This document shows positions 37,829 through 46,754 of a DNA stretch of 64,000 bases, piece by piece. Position 1 is the stretch's first letter; each line of letters opens with the position of its first letter. Where the stretch lies: contig CAZWXQ010000001.1 in NCBI GenBank assembly GCA_964637955.1, positions 223,447-287,446 of the forward strand, in the 5' to 3' direction. The position numbers were made by a program, and so were the translations under genes. A model generated the notes under the pieces. The model ran no database searches. It was not told where the DNA came from and was given only the letters and a program-made list of their open reading frames with translations. The DNA comes from an uncultured Gammaproteobacteria bacterium (GTDB taxonomy: Bacteria; Patescibacteriota; Microgenomatia; Levybacterales; UBA12049).

Positions 37829-38410
37829 ATGGCTGCAAGAAAAATTATTCAGGCAGGAGATCCTAGGCTTAAATCAATCAATAGAATTATAAGAGATGTT
37901 GATTCTCTTGAGACAAAAAAACTTATCAAGGATCTGACTTCCTCAATGTATAAGGCTGATTTAATTGGAATTGCCTCAAATCAAATCGGAGAAAATCGAA
38001 CTGTATTTCTAACACATCCTAGATCCACAAAAGCCAGAAAATTGGGTAAAACAGATGATTTAAGAGTATATATAAATCCACATTATAACTATGTTTCGCC
38101 GAATCAGAGTCTTATTTATGAAGGTTGTGGTAGTGTGGGAGAAATTTTTGGGCCCGTTTTGCGTCCTAGTGAGATTGAGATTTTTGCATTAAATGAAAAA
38201 GGAGAAAAATTTAGCCTCAGATGTAATGGAATTTTAGCTCGTGTCATTCAGCATGAGATGGATCACTTGAATGGAATAGAGTTTCTTGAGAAAGTTAGTG
38301 ATTACTCAAAAATAATTAACAAAAAGTTTTATAGAAAAAATATTAGGAATTCGCAGCTTCAGATGGAAAACTCTCAAGTTACTAAAATTGATTATTTTTT
38401 GGTAAAATAA
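37829..38410 (+). CDS. def: peptide deformylase
   Basis: Motifs GIASNQIG, EGCGS, QHEMDHLNG. TTGACA-N17-TATAAT lies 7 nt before the ATG. Confidence 0.85.
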   Translation: MAARKIIQAGDPRLKSINRIIRDVDSLETKKLIKDLTSSMYKADLIGIASNQIGENRTVFLTHPRSTKARKLGKTDDLRVYINPHYNYVSPNQSLIYEGCGSVGEIFGPVLRPSEIEIFALNEKGEKFSLRCNGILARVIQHEMDHLNGIEFLEKVSDYSKIINKKFYRKNIRNSQLQMENSQVTKIDYFLVK

Positions 38411-38415
38411 AATAT

Positions 38416-38580
38416 ATGGCAAAGGTAAATCGTGAGTGGCATAAAGAGCACAGAATGCCTAAAAATGCTACAACGCAGCAAAGACTCAAGTGGCATTTGA
38501 TTCATGCCAAAGAATGCGCATGCCGAGAAATGCCCGCCAAGCTTCAGAGGTTAATATCAGATAAATCTACCAAAAAATAA
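38416..38580 (+). CDS. unannotated 54-aa His/Cys-rich small ORF
   Basis: MAKVNREWHKEHRMPKNATTQQRLKWHLIHAKECACREMPAKLQRLISDKSTKK. Paired His and Cys residues suggest metal binding. Fills an otherwise empty 230-bp gap. Confidence 0.3.
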   Translation: MAKVNREWHKEHRMPKNATTQQRLKWHLIHAKECACREMPAKLQRLISDKSTKK

Positions 38581-38686
38581 GTTTTGCTATTCATTAGTTT
38601 TTCTTAGGATTGCCTTTCACTTCACTCAAGTTTTATCCGCTTAGTGCGTTCGGGATCTCCATTCGCTTCGCTCATGGTGTATAATT

Positions 38687-39120
38687 TTCTCATGAAGATT
38701 CAACAAGGTGCAGTGAGCGCCATAATTCTGGATGAAGACGACCAGATTTTATTCTTAAGAAGATCTAAAACTGATGATTTTATGCCTGGAAGTTGGGATA
38801 TTCCAGGTGGTGGCCTGGATTATGGCGAGGAGCCGGAGGCAGGTTTGAGGCGTGAAGTGATGGAAGAAACTGGCCTAAAAATTGAAATACTTGAAATTTT
38901 AACAGTAAGTACTTATTTTATGGGCGAAGTCCAGAGGATAGAAATTACATATCTTTGCAACGCAATTGATGAACATAGATTGAAATTAAGTAGTGAGCAT
39001 ACTGACTATGCATGGATTTGGGCAGGAGAAAGCGAAAGGATTAGTTCATTGAATCTTAATAGTTATATTCAAAAAATTGCTGATATTGCCATAAAAATTG
39101 CAATAGAAAGATCTTTTTAA
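38687..39120 (+). CDS. NUDIX hydrolase (start moved to the ATG 6 nt after TATAAT)
   Basis: Nudix box GGGLDYGEEPEAGLRREVMEETGL. The 38644 start in the ORF track would place the -10 box inside the coding region. Confidence 0.75.
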
Positions 39121-39162
39121 TTAGCTTTAATCTCGAGGCTAAATGCGGTATAATCTCCTCTC

Positions 39163-39738
39163 ATGTCATTTGAAAGATTTAGAATATATAGCTCTTCTGA
39201 TTCCGGTTATTATACAAGGGGAAAAGAAAAACCTAGGCCATTATTAACGGACGAATTTGCGCAACAAATTTTTGCTGTAAGTCAGCATCTTGATGATGAA
39301 TTGCCTGTGGCGAGTCTAATAGCATATTCAGAAGATAAGAGGAAATTATTTAAAAACCAGATAGCAAGGGAGATAGCCATAAGAAATGGTCGTGCAAAAA
39401 ATATACCAAGCTCAAACCTTGAGCAGATAGAAAATAATGCTTTGGCAATTGATGCTTTAAAGTTAAGATTGGGTCGATTAGATTCGCTTCCTTTAGCTCC
39501 AGACATATGGGCCGATTTGTTTATACCCGGATCTGAAATTGAGCTTGATATTCCTCAAAAAAAAGTTTTGATGGATGCTATAACTGGCACGCTAAAGATT
39601 CCAAATGCAAAATTTACAAATAAATGGGTGGATTCTCAAAATACTGTTTACAATTTAAGATTAATCGATGATTCTTCGGAATTTCCACAAGACCCAAGGC
39701 TACCTCGTACAAGAATATTTCTAGCAAAAGCATTTTAA
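39163..39738 (+). CDS. hypothetical protein
   Basis: 191 aa. GGTATAATCTCCTCTC-ATG is almost identical to the element before ORF 8186. Confidence 0.35.
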   Translation: MSFERFRIYSSSDSGYYTRGKEKPRPLLTDEFAQQIFAVSQHLDDELPVASLIAYSEDKRKLFKNQIAREIAIRNGRAKNIPSSNLEQIENNALAIDALKLRLGRLDSLPLAPDIWADLFIPGSEIELDIPQKKVLMDAITGTLKIPNAKFTNKWVDSQNTVYNLRLIDDSSEFPQDPRLPRTRIFLAKAF

Positions 39739-39798
39739 TAATTTTAATTTCAAAAAACATATTGCTTTTATAACTAAAAGCCAATATAATTTCCCCTT

Positions 39799-40254
39799 GT
39801 GACTAATAAAGAGAGTTTAAAATCTAAAATAGAATTTAACCCTCATGATAATCCGGATAGCTATTTTGCAGAACTTACTTCATGGGAAATTGCTGACAAT
39901 ACTTTAATGTTTGCCAGATCAGCTGAATTAAGTCCTGAGGATAAGGCTAAGGGATTAAGAAGGACTGTTCAGGCAAGCTTTGAATATGAAGGCGAGCATA
40001 TAGGAATGATTTTTGAGGCTGTTGGTAAAAATCCAGATAGAATAATTATTCAGGGAGGAAGTCTTGCAGAGGGTCATGAAAATCCTACTATGTTTAATTA
40101 TGTAATAACCAAAGGGGCTGTAGTGAATGGCTCAGAAGCTGAGGTCAGCAAAGATGAGCAATCTAGAGTTAAGTCTTTATTAGCTCGTGCAAATCTGCAA
40201 ATTGCTATTCGAAATCCATTTCATGATTCCTCAAAAACTTCTCAGTCTGCATAA
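39799..40254 (+). CDS. hypothetical protein (GTG start in the ORF track)
   Basis: 151 aa. TATAAT lies 8 nt upstream. Start codon uncertain. Confidence 0.3.
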   Translation: MTNKESLKSKIEFNPHDNPDSYFAELTSWEIADNTLMFARSAELSPEDKAKGLRRTVQASFEYEGEHIGMIFEAVGKNPDRIIIQGGSLAEGHENPTMFNYVITKGAVVNGSEAEVSKDEQSRVKSLLARANLQIAIRNPFHDSSKTSQSA

Positions 40255-40280
40255 TATTATGCTTGCAGATAAGATTAGCT

Positions 40281-41108
40281 CTACGAAGATTTAAAGTAGC
40301 CACCGGTAGCTATTTCTTCAAGTTTGGCAACTCCAGCAAGTAATGTTAATTGGCTATCAACATGATCTAAATTTTTGGGAGTAAGTCTGTGACTTGTTTC
40401 AGTTATAACTCTATCAATTAATGGGCCAGTTGTTTTGGAGCTTCTTCCTAATATTTTTTCGCGCTTCGAATATTGTAATTCTGTAGCATTTCCCGGAGCC
40501 CTAAAATACATTATTTCATCAGATGGTCTATTTAAAGTAATCAAATTTCGAAAGTATCCTGATTTATCTACTCCTCTTAGGGATGTATAGGCGGATAGCA
40601 TTGCTTCTGATACGGCCTTTTCAAGGCCGCCATCGTGAGTTGCTTTTAGGAAATTCATTATTGGACTAAATAAAGCTATATATAGATCATTGCTTGAAAA
40701 ACTTCTTTTGGAATTTGTGAGTGATACTTTTAAGCCTTGCTGAATTTCTGATGAACATTCAACTTCAGCTTCGTTTAGTGTCGAAAACAGCAATCCTAAA
40801 GTAGCAGCGACTGCAAAACCTTCTACATCATCATTCGTTTTTAATTGAGGTAGATCTGCTTGAAAAATTACCCATTCAGGATTTTGAATCCCAGTATCTT
40901 TTAGAACAGGACCAAATCCCCATTCTCTATCAGGATTGGGTGGAGTAAATATTCTAGGTAAGTCTAGTCTTTCTCTAATACTATCTGTTTGCTCTGCTTG
41001 GAAATCTGAAGCAGAAGGAATAATTGATTTGTTAACTGCGACTTGAATCGCGCCTGGCTCTGCAGCTAAGCGGTATCTTGCTGGACTTCCTTCGGTAAGC
41101 TTGCTCAT
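40281..41108 (-). CDS. hypothetical protein
   Basis: 275 aa. Minus-strand TTGATT-N17-TATAAT lies 5 nt before the ATG. Local similarity to ORF 8186 (FRAPGNATELQYSKRE vs FRGENTPGFSFYEAKR). Confidence 0.4.
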   Translation of the reverse strand: MSKLTEGSPARYRLAAEPGAIQVAVNKSIIPSASDFQAEQTDSIRERLDLPRIFTPPNPDREWGFGPVLKDTGIQNPEWVIFQADLPQLKTNDDVEGFAVAATLGLLFSTLNEAEVECSSEIQQGLKVSLTNSKRSFSSNDLYIALFSPIMNFLKATHDGGLEKAVSEAMLSAYTSLRGVDKSGYFRNLITLNRPSDEIMYFRAPGNATELQYSKREKILGRSSKTTGPLIDRVITETSHRLTPKNLDHVDSQLTLLAGVAKLEEIATGGYFKSS

Positions 41109-41226
41109 GATGATGGATTATAGATTTTTGTTTATTTAAAATCAAATTTAGAAAGCATATTTTTATTTCTATTTCTTGTATTTGCATACGATTGACAATT
41201 AAATTAGCTTTTGAAAAGATGAAATT

Positions 41227-42657
41227 GTGGAGGATATTTCAGTTTCTGATAAACTCAAAGAGAAAAGTGGAAAAAAAAGATTATCAAATATTGCTTATCA
41301 ACGTCACTTTAAGTTAGTTTTTTCAGGAATTATTATAATAAATGTTATTTTAATTCTTTTATTTCTTTTCCTCCGATCCGATATGTATAGGCTTTCAAAA
41401 ACCGTAATAGTAAATAGTTCACAAAATACGAATGATAGTGTTGATTTTCCAGTAATAAAAACAAGTAAATTAGTTTTAGAAAAAGGAAGAGTTTTAATAA
41501 CAAACGACTGCGATTATGAGTCGAAGTTTATATGTAAGCTTTACATTCAAAATAGAGATGGAAATAATAAAGTAGATTTACTTAGCGTATTTGATTATTC
41601 AAAAGGTGATGCTGCAGGGAATTTCGAAGGATTAAAGCTTGAGGGGAATGTAGGTAAAAATCTAGTATACTCAGAAACATATTATGCAAAAAAGTCATCA
41701 GATAATCAACCTATCTACAAAAATACATTAGGTTATATTAATTTAGTAAATGGTAAAAAAACTTTAATTGAAAACTTGACTCAATGGTCGGATTCTAAAA
41801 AACAAAACGAAGTAGGTGAAAAAGGAGTAATAATCCAAATTATTCCAATTGAAGAAAGAAATTCTGTAGTTTATTCTTTAAGTGAAGACGATAAATATTA
41901 TATAAAGGAATATAATTTCGATACAAAAGAAACAAAAATTGTAGTTGATAGTAGTAAGTTGCAGCCCGAGCCAAATTTTTATAATAATCTCCTAGAGGTT
42001 AATGAAGAATCAGATGCTTCACGCCAAAGGACAGTTTACTTGCTTCCTCCGCCTGTCGTAATTCATCAATTGGGTAAAGATATAATTGTGCTTAAGTTGA
42101 TTACTGGAGGAATCGGTAAAACAAAAAGAATAGATCTTGCTACGGGTAAATATTTTGATTATTCTTTTATTCCAAACAAGCTAAGTAATATAGTTAGTAA
42201 TGGTGAAAAAATTGCTTATACCTATATAAATTCCTCTGGATATGAAGTTCTGGAGGTTGTTGAAGCAAGAGATAATAAAAGATTAGTGATCTATAAAAGA
42301 TTATCAGCCGATAATTTAGGAATCATTAAATTTGGTTTTATGGGAAATATTTTATTATTTCAAGAATCCCCAGGTAAAATTTTCGCCTGGAATAGTAATC
42401 TATATTCATCAAGTTCTCAGTCTGATTTTGATTCAATTAATGAGCAATTTTATGAAGAAAGTCAAAATTATAGAAAAAATAATAACAATTTAGATAACTT
42501 ATTTATTCTTTCTAGAAATGTATATAATGGTAGTTTTTCGCAAGATAAACACACTTTAGCTAAATTGGTATTTGAAAATAGAAATAAAACCTTCAAAATA
42601 GAAGAATCAAAAGCATTTTCTACAACCGCAAAAGATTCGATGTTAATTAAATGGTGA
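41227..42657 (+). CDS. large N-terminally anchored Asn/Lys-rich protein
   Basis: 476 aa with a single N-terminal TM helix. GTG start in the ORF track. Confidence 0.4.
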   Translation: MEDISVSDKLKEKSGKKRLSNIAYQRHFKLVFSGIIIINVILILLFLFLRSDMYRLSKTVIVNSSQNTNDSVDFPVIKTSKLVLEKGRVLITNDCDYESKFICKLYIQNRDGNNKVDLLSVFDYSKGDAAGNFEGLKLEGNVGKNLVYSETYYAKKSSDNQPIYKNTLGYINLVNGKKTLIENLTQWSDSKKQNEVGEKGVIIQIIPIEERNSVVYSLSEDDKYYIKEYNFDTKETKIVVDSSKLQPEPNFYNNLLEVNEESDASRQRTVYLLPPPVVIHQLGKDIIVLKLITGGIGKTKRIDLATGKYFDYSFIPNKLSNIVSNGEKIAYTYINSSGYEVLEVVEARDNKRLVIYKRLSADNLGIIKFGFMGNILLFQESPGKIFAWNSNLYSSSSQSDFDSINEQFYEESQNYRKNNNNLDNLFILSRNVYNGSFSQDKHTLAKLVFENRNKTFKIEESKAFSTTAKDSMLIKW

Positions 42658-42688
42658 GACTTATCTATCCTCTTGTATTTGCATAAGA

Positions 42689-43516
42689 TTGACAATTATT
42701 TACGCATTAAATACATTATTCTTAGTGGCTAAAAATAAAATATCTTCAGAGAGAAATTATTTAAAAATTTTTATTGGGCTTTTTATAGCAATATTTTTGA
42801 TTGTAATTCCTGTGATTTTTTACCCATATAGCAAAAATTCAATAAACGTAATTCCAGCTGGAATAATAGTATTTATCGATCAAGGTGATGTGGTTGTAAA
42901 AAAAGATGGACTAACAAATAAGATAACTAACTGGGGATATAATTCCGATCCTGTTTTGTCACCAGATAAAACTAAGATTGCATTTATATCGAAGTCAGAA
43001 GAAACTCTAAATGCTGAAAAAAATCCAACAGGATTTATACCTAGTTCATCGAACATTTGGATAATCGATATCGATGGTCATAATGCTAAAAAATTAACAG
43101 ATCATATAGATTTCGTTGGGAGAGATAATTTACGTTGGTTAGAAAATAATCGTTTGATTTATTCAGAAGGTGAGGATTCAGTGCGATTATATGATTTAGA
43201 AGCAGAAGAGATAACGACCTTGATGGGTCCAGTTGAGCCTGTTCCTGGCTGCGTTGATGCTTGCGGATATTCAACTTCATTTAAATATACGCCTGATAAT
43301 AAGTTACTGGTTTGGATTCTTTCTTCTGATGGAGAAGGATCAAAGATGCGAGTACTAAATCTGGGAGATTTTAGCACTAAAGAGGTAGATCTTCCTTTTG
43401 GTTATATCTCTGAGCTACATGTTGATAATCAGTTTTTAACAGGAGTTGTATTAAATTATGTTGATAATATTACCTCAAATTTAAAGGTTGATTTAAGAAC
43501 TGCAACCATTCAATAA
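42689..43516 (+). CDS. membrane-anchored PD40/TolB-like beta-propeller repeat protein
   Basis: N-terminal TM helix. Repeated (S/T)PD.(K/N)...F.S......IW..D.DG.N...LT blades. Confidence 0.45.
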   Translation: MTIIYALNTLFLVAKNKISSERNYLKIFIGLFIAIFLIVIPVIFYPYSKNSINVIPAGIIVFIDQGDVVVKKDGLTNKITNWGYNSDPVLSPDKTKIAFISKSEETLNAEKNPTGFIPSSSNIWIIDIDGHNAKKLTDHIDFVGRDNLRWLENNRLIYSEGEDSVRLYDLEAEEITTLMGPVEPVPGCVDACGYSTSFKYTPDNKLLVWILSSDGEGSKMRVLNLGDFSTKEVDLPFGYISELHVDNQFLTGVVLNYVDNITSNLKVDLRTATIQ

Positions 43517-43532
43517 TTTACAACCTATCCTC

Positions 43533-43561
43533 TTGCGCTTAGGCTCGATTTGCTATATAAT
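43533..43561 (+). promoter_or_regulatory. promoter TTGCGC-N17-TATAAT upstream of the rplC operon
   Basis: Preceded by an ATCCTCTTG element also found at 42665 and, loosely, at 41185. Confidence 0.45.
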
Positions 43562-43640
43562 TGGTTCTACAAAATGGCTTTACAAACACAGGAGGTGATA
43601 GCTACATAGTTTAAATTTACAGTTTATTCTTACCTGAATA

Positions 43641-43667
43641 GGCGACACTATGTGGTCGCTTTTTTTG
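43641..43667 (+). terminator. hairpin plus U-tract 20 nt before the rplC ATG (terminator or leader attenuator)
   Basis: GGCGACAC-ta-TGTGGTCGC followed by TTTTTTT. Confidence 0.55.
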
Positions 43668-43687
43668 TTATCTGAGCCTAAAAAAAT

Positions 43688-44614
43688 ATGCAATCATTAA
43701 TAGGAATTAAAAAAGTACAAAGTCAAAGATTTTTGGAAAACGGAAAAAGAATTCCGGTTACCCTTATTGATGTTAAGGACAATACTGTCGTAGCGCTCCT
43801 TTCGCTCGAAAAAAACAAATACCAAGCTGTACAGCTTGGTTTTAGTATGAAAAAGAAAGCAAATAAAGCAGAACTCGGACACGCAAAAGGGGCAAAATTA
43901 GAAAAGGCCCCTAAATTTTTGCGTGAAGTTAGAATAGTAGATGATTCTGAAACACTTCCAGAGATTGGAGCAGTTCTCAGTCCTTCAGAGGTTTTTGCTC
44001 CTGGAGATATCGTAAACATAAGTGGTGTCTCAAAAGGAAAAGGATTCCAGGGAGGAATGAAGAAGCATAATTTTAATGGTGGACCAAAAACTCATGGTCA
44101 GTCAGACAGATGGAGAGCGCCAGGATCAATTGGTCAGGGTACTACTCCAGGAAGAGTTTATAAAGGTAAGAGAATGGCAGGAAGAATGGGAGTAGATAGT
44201 GTTACTGTAGAAAATTTAGAGATCGTAGATGTTACAAATGATGGTGTGCTTATAGTTAAAGGATTAGTTCCAGGAATCATAAATAGTATGGTTATGGTTA
44301 AAAAAGTAGGAGAAGATAAAAAGTTTGTACCTCTCCAAAAAACACCAGAACAATTAGAAGCTGAAGAAAAAGAAAGATTTGAAGCGGAATCCGTTCGGCA
44401 AGCTCAGGAGGCAGAGCTCGCTGCTGCTGCAAAGGCTGCAGAAGAAGCCGCTAAAGAAGCAGAGAAAGCAGCAAAAGAAGAAGCAGCTGAGGAAGCAAAA
44501 GATTCAACAGGAGAAGTAAAAGTAAATGATGCAGTAGAGTCTGACGAAGCAGCTCCAATAGAGGAAGTAACTGAAACTGAAAATAAAGAAGGAGAAGAAG
44601 ATGGCAACAAGTAA
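43688..44614 (+). CDS. rplC: 50S ribosomal protein L3 with an ~95-aa Glu/Ala/Lys-rich C-terminal extension
   Basis: L3 core (GVSKGKGFQG...KTHGQSDRWRAPGSIG) followed by a low-complexity tail. Confidence 0.95.
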   Translation: MQSLIGIKKVQSQRFLENGKRIPVTLIDVKDNTVVALLSLEKNKYQAVQLGFSMKKKANKAELGHAKGAKLEKAPKFLREVRIVDDSETLPEIGAVLSPSEVFAPGDIVNISGVSKGKGFQGGMKKHNFNGGPKTHGQSDRWRAPGSIGQGTTPGRVYKGKRMAGRMGVDSVTVENLEIVDVTNDGVLIVKGLVPGIINSMVMVKKVGEDKKFVPLQKTPEQLEAEEKERFEAESVRQAQEAELAAAAKAAEEAAKEAEKAAKEEAAEEAKDSTGEVKVNDAVESDEAAPIEEVTETENKEGEEDGNK

Positions 44615-45395
44615 AGCTGTAAAAGCAGAAAAAACAACAAAAGCAGCTCCTAAAAAAGCAGCGGTTAAAAAAATTGAAACTAAAAAAGGTGAAGCAGTAA
44701 AAAGTACAGCAGCTGTAAAAGCTCCTGCATCTAAATCTGCTGGACTCTCTGTTCCCATGTATGACAGTAAAGGTGCTAAAAATGGAACATTTGATTTACC
44801 AAAAGAAGTTTTTGGAGCAAAAATAAATGATGCAATTATGGCACAAGCTGTAAGAGTATATCTTGCTAATCAAAGACAAGGAAATGCTCATGCAAAAACC
44901 AGAGGAGAAATCGATTTAACTAAAAAGAAATGGTTTAGGCAAAAAGGTACAGGAAGAGCAAGACATGGAGCCCAGAGTGCTCCTATTTTTGTAGGTGGAG
45001 GAGTAGCTCATGGACCTAGAGCTCATGACTTTTCACTTTCTATGCCACAAAAGATGAGAAAGGCAGCTTTAATTTCAGCTCTTTCCCAAAAAGCAAAAGA
45101 TGGGGAAATTACAGTAGTTTCAGGATTTTCAAATATTGAACCAAAGACAAAAATTATGAGTCAAGCACTCATTAAAATCACAGATGATAAAAAAAGAAAA
45201 TCAAAAGTTTTATTTATTACATCAGGAGCTCCAAAAGAGCTTTCAAATGTATACAGGGCAGGTAAAAATATTAAAAATGTGAATATTATGAGTGCAAATC
45301 TTTTAAATACATATGAAGTGTTAAAGCATAAAAATTTACTTATTATGAAAGAATCAGTAGAAGTTTTGACAGGAGGTTCTGCAAAGCAGAATTAA
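44601..45395 (+). CDS. rplD: 50S ribosomal protein L4 with a Lys/Ala-rich N-terminal extension
   Basis: L4 core (RQGNAHAKTRGEI...GTGRARHG). Overlaps rplC by 14 nt. Confidence 0.95.
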   Translation: MATSKAVKAEKTTKAAPKKAAVKKIETKKGEAVKSTAAVKAPASKSAGLSVPMYDSKGAKNGTFDLPKEVFGAKINDAIMAQAVRVYLANQRQGNAHAKTRGEIDLTKKKWFRQKGTGRARHGAQSAPIFVGGGVAHGPRAHDFSLSMPQKMRKAALISALSQKAKDGEITVVSGFSNIEPKTKIMSQALIKITDDKKRKSKVLFITSGAPKELSNVYRAGKNIKNVNIMSANLLNTYEVLKHKNLLIMKESVEVLTGGSAKQN

Positions 45396-45399
45396 TCAA

Positions 45400-45690
45400 A
45401 TGAGTGTTTTAATTTCACCATTAATTACAGAGAAATCGATGATAGATGCGGGAAACGGAAAATTTACTTTTCGAGTCTATAAAACTGCAAATAAAACAGA
45501 AATTAAAAAAGAAGTTGAGAAGAATTTTTCTGTAAATGTGACTCATATTTCAACAAGTATTTTAAAGGGTAAATCAACAAGAGTTGGAATGAGAAGAACA
45601 GAAAAGGAATTATCAGACACAAAAAAAGCTGTAGTTACTTTAAGAAAGGGTGAAAAAATAGGCCTTTTTGAATTGGGAGACAATAAATAA
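45400..45690 (+). CDS. rplW: 50S ribosomal protein L23
   Basis: 96 aa; L23 fold pattern ([10 protein letters not shown]...[14 protein letters not shown]). Confidence 0.9.
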   Translation: MSVLISPLITEKSMIDAGNGKFTFRVYKTANKTEIKKEVEKNFSVNVTHISTSILKGKSTRVGMRRTEKELSDTKKAVVTLRKGEKIGLFELGDNK

Positions 45691-45712
45691 CCTTTCAGGG
45701 TTTAATACATAT

Positions 45713-46453
45713 ATGAAAAAATTAAAAACTATTAGAAAAAAACACTCTGGTAGAAGTTACGGAAAAGTTGTAGTTAGACATCAGGGTGGAGAACATAAGA
45801 GATTTCTTAGAACGATTGATTTTAAGAGAAATAAATTAGGAACTGTAGGAAGAGTTGTTTCTTTGGAATATGATCCAAATAGAACAGCTGATATTGCTCT
45901 TGTGCACTATGCAGATGGAGAAAAAAGATATATAATTGCTCCTCTTGATCTAAAGATTGGAGATAAGATTACTTCAGGTGATGATTCAATTATAAAATCA
46001 GGGAATAGTCTGCCTCTAAATAAAATTCCAGTTGGAACTGTTGTTCATAATGTAGAGATAAATCCTGGTCGAGGAGGTCAGCTTGCAAGAGGTGCAGGAA
46101 CAGGTGCGATTCTTCAAGCAAGAGAAGGAACTTATGTCCATTTGAAGCTTCCTTCAGGGGAAATAAGAAGAGTTCAGGGGAAATGCATGGCAACAGTTGG
46201 AGTTATTTCAAATATTGACTGGAAAAATGAATTCTTTGGAAAAGCTGGAAGAAGAAGAAATATGGGTATACGTCCAACTGTAAGAGGAGTTGCTCAGAAT
46301 CCTAGATCTCATGCTCATGGTGGAGGAGAAGGAAGAAGTGGAATTGGTCTTAAACGCCCAAAGACTTATGCGGGACGACCTGCGTTTGGAAAAACTAGAA
46401 ATCCTAAGAAGTATTCAAATAAATATATTCTTGTTAGAAGGAGTAGTAAGTAA
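45713..46453 (+). CDS. rplB: 50S ribosomal protein L2
   Basis: Start placed at [10 protein letters not shown] just after the rplW stop. Conserved [25 protein letters not shown]. Confidence 0.95.
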   Translation: MKKLKTIRKKHSGRSYGKVVVRHQGGEHKRFLRTIDFKRNKLGTVGRVVSLEYDPNRTADIALVHYADGEKRYIIAPLDLKIGDKITSGDDSIIKSGNSLPLNKIPVGTVVHNVEINPGRGGQLARGAGTGAILQAREGTYVHLKLPSGEIRRVQGKCMATVGVISNIDWKNEFFGKAGRRRNMGIRPTVRGVAQNPRSHAHGGGEGRSGIGLKRPKTYAGRPAFGKTRNPKKYSNKYILVRRSSK

Positions 46454-46455
46454 AT

Positions 46456-46740
46456 ATGGCACGAAGTAGTAAAAAGGGTCCATTTGTGGATCCAAAATTA
46501 GTTAAAAAAGTAATGATGCAAAAAGCAGCTGGAACAAATACGGCAATCAAAACATGGTCTAGAGCATGCCAGATTCCTCCTGAATTTATAGGTCATAACT
46601 TTGCAGTACACAATGGGAAAGCGTTTATAAATGTTTATGTAGTAGAAGGAATGGTTGGGCATAGACTTGGTGAATTCTCGCCAACTAGAACTTTTAGAGG
46701 CCATGGAAGAGTTGTTGCAAGAGAAATAAGTAAGACATAA
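46456..46740 (+). CDS. rpsS: 30S ribosomal protein S19
   Basis: [12 protein letters not shown]...[10 protein letters not shown]. Confidence 0.95.
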   Translation: MARSSKKGPFVDPKLVKKVMMQKAAGTNTAIKTWSRACQIPPEFIGHNFAVHNGKAFINVYVVEGMVGHRLGEFSPTRTFRGHGRVVAREISKT

Positions 46741-46754
46741 AAAGGGAAAAATAT

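Noticed and set aside
38644-39120. 158-aa start for the second NUDIX gene
   Set aside because: A TGnTATAAT promoter lies at 38673-38680 with an ATG 6 nt later (38687). The longer N-terminus (MRSGSPFASLMVYNFL) would include the promoter and looks non-native.
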